Below are positions 1 to 64,000 of a stretch of DNA of 64,000 bases, one piece after another. Each line of letters opens with the position of its first letter. Within the stretch, counting starts at the first letter, position 1. The DNA lies in assembly GCA_965153355.1 (NCBI GenBank), contig OZ231126.1:2108001-2172000 (forward strand). The letters run 5' to 3'. The position numbers were made by a program, and so were the translations under genes. The DNA comes from Flaccisagitta enflata. Its lineage: Eukaryota. The notes under the pieces are model-generated. The model saw nothing but the letters and a program-made list of their open reading frames with translations, was not told where the DNA came from and did no database searches.

Positions 1-438
1 TTTTATATAAGGACCAGTAAATTTTTTCTGAGGCTGGGATGTTCTTAGATTTTAGTAAATTTTAGGCTGAAATGTCTTTAGCGTGTCCTTAATATTTTCT
101 TATGATTTTCTTATGATTATTTTTTATGTATTGAAATAATTGATGTTAAGTATCATGAAACACAAGTTAGATATGACAATAATTGCTTTGTAGTTGTTTT
201 TTATAGAACATTATATCATTTAGCAAAGATGAATGCTATCATTTCTTTTAAAAAGTAATTATTTTCTTTAAAAAGTTGCGTAAAGACAATCTAGATTTTG
301 AATCAAAAAAATTTTTTATGCAAATCTGAGGCTGGGCTTTGTCCTTAAAATGTCCTTAATTTTTGGCAAAATTTCAGCCTCGATGTCCTTATAAACTTTG
401 TCCTTACTCAAAATAAAGAGTGTAGTCGGAGATGATAC

Positions 439-63920
<63,482 letters not shown>

Positions 63921-64000
63921 CTATGAATGAAAGTAAAAGAATGGATGGAAGGATGAAGATTTCATGAAACCTTTTATATGAAATTTGGACAACGTAACTA

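Overview
This is eukaryotic (animal) genomic DNA, AT-rich and dense in repeats. The whole window lies inside one minus-strand host gene encoding tandem EGF + von Willebrand A (vWA) modules (matrilin/collagen-VI-like). Ten phase-consistent GT-AG exons run from 63920 down to 439. Its 32.4-kb intron (11763-44160) holds the main discovery, an apparently complete 28.4-kb CACTA/EnSpm-type (CMC superfamily) DNA transposon at 12152-40553, with 85-bp TIRs starting CACTC and a 2-bp CA target-site duplication. The element carries eight co-oriented + strand genes: an orphan 5-exon gene; an intact zinc-finger DDE transposase; a 19-exon ~1,700-aa orphan gene whose ATG overlaps the transposase stop (TAATG); a duplicated pair of small acidic/basic genes; and three 3-exon TRIM37-like RING + B-box genes. 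A decayed inverted copy of the transposase catalytic core sits just upstream of the intact gene and could form a silencing hairpin. The other introns contain a 5'-truncated CR1/L2-group LINE, many Helentron/DINE-like short elements, hAT and TA-target MITEs, and mini/microsatellites. All gene models were spliced by hand from the sequence; no database searches were run.
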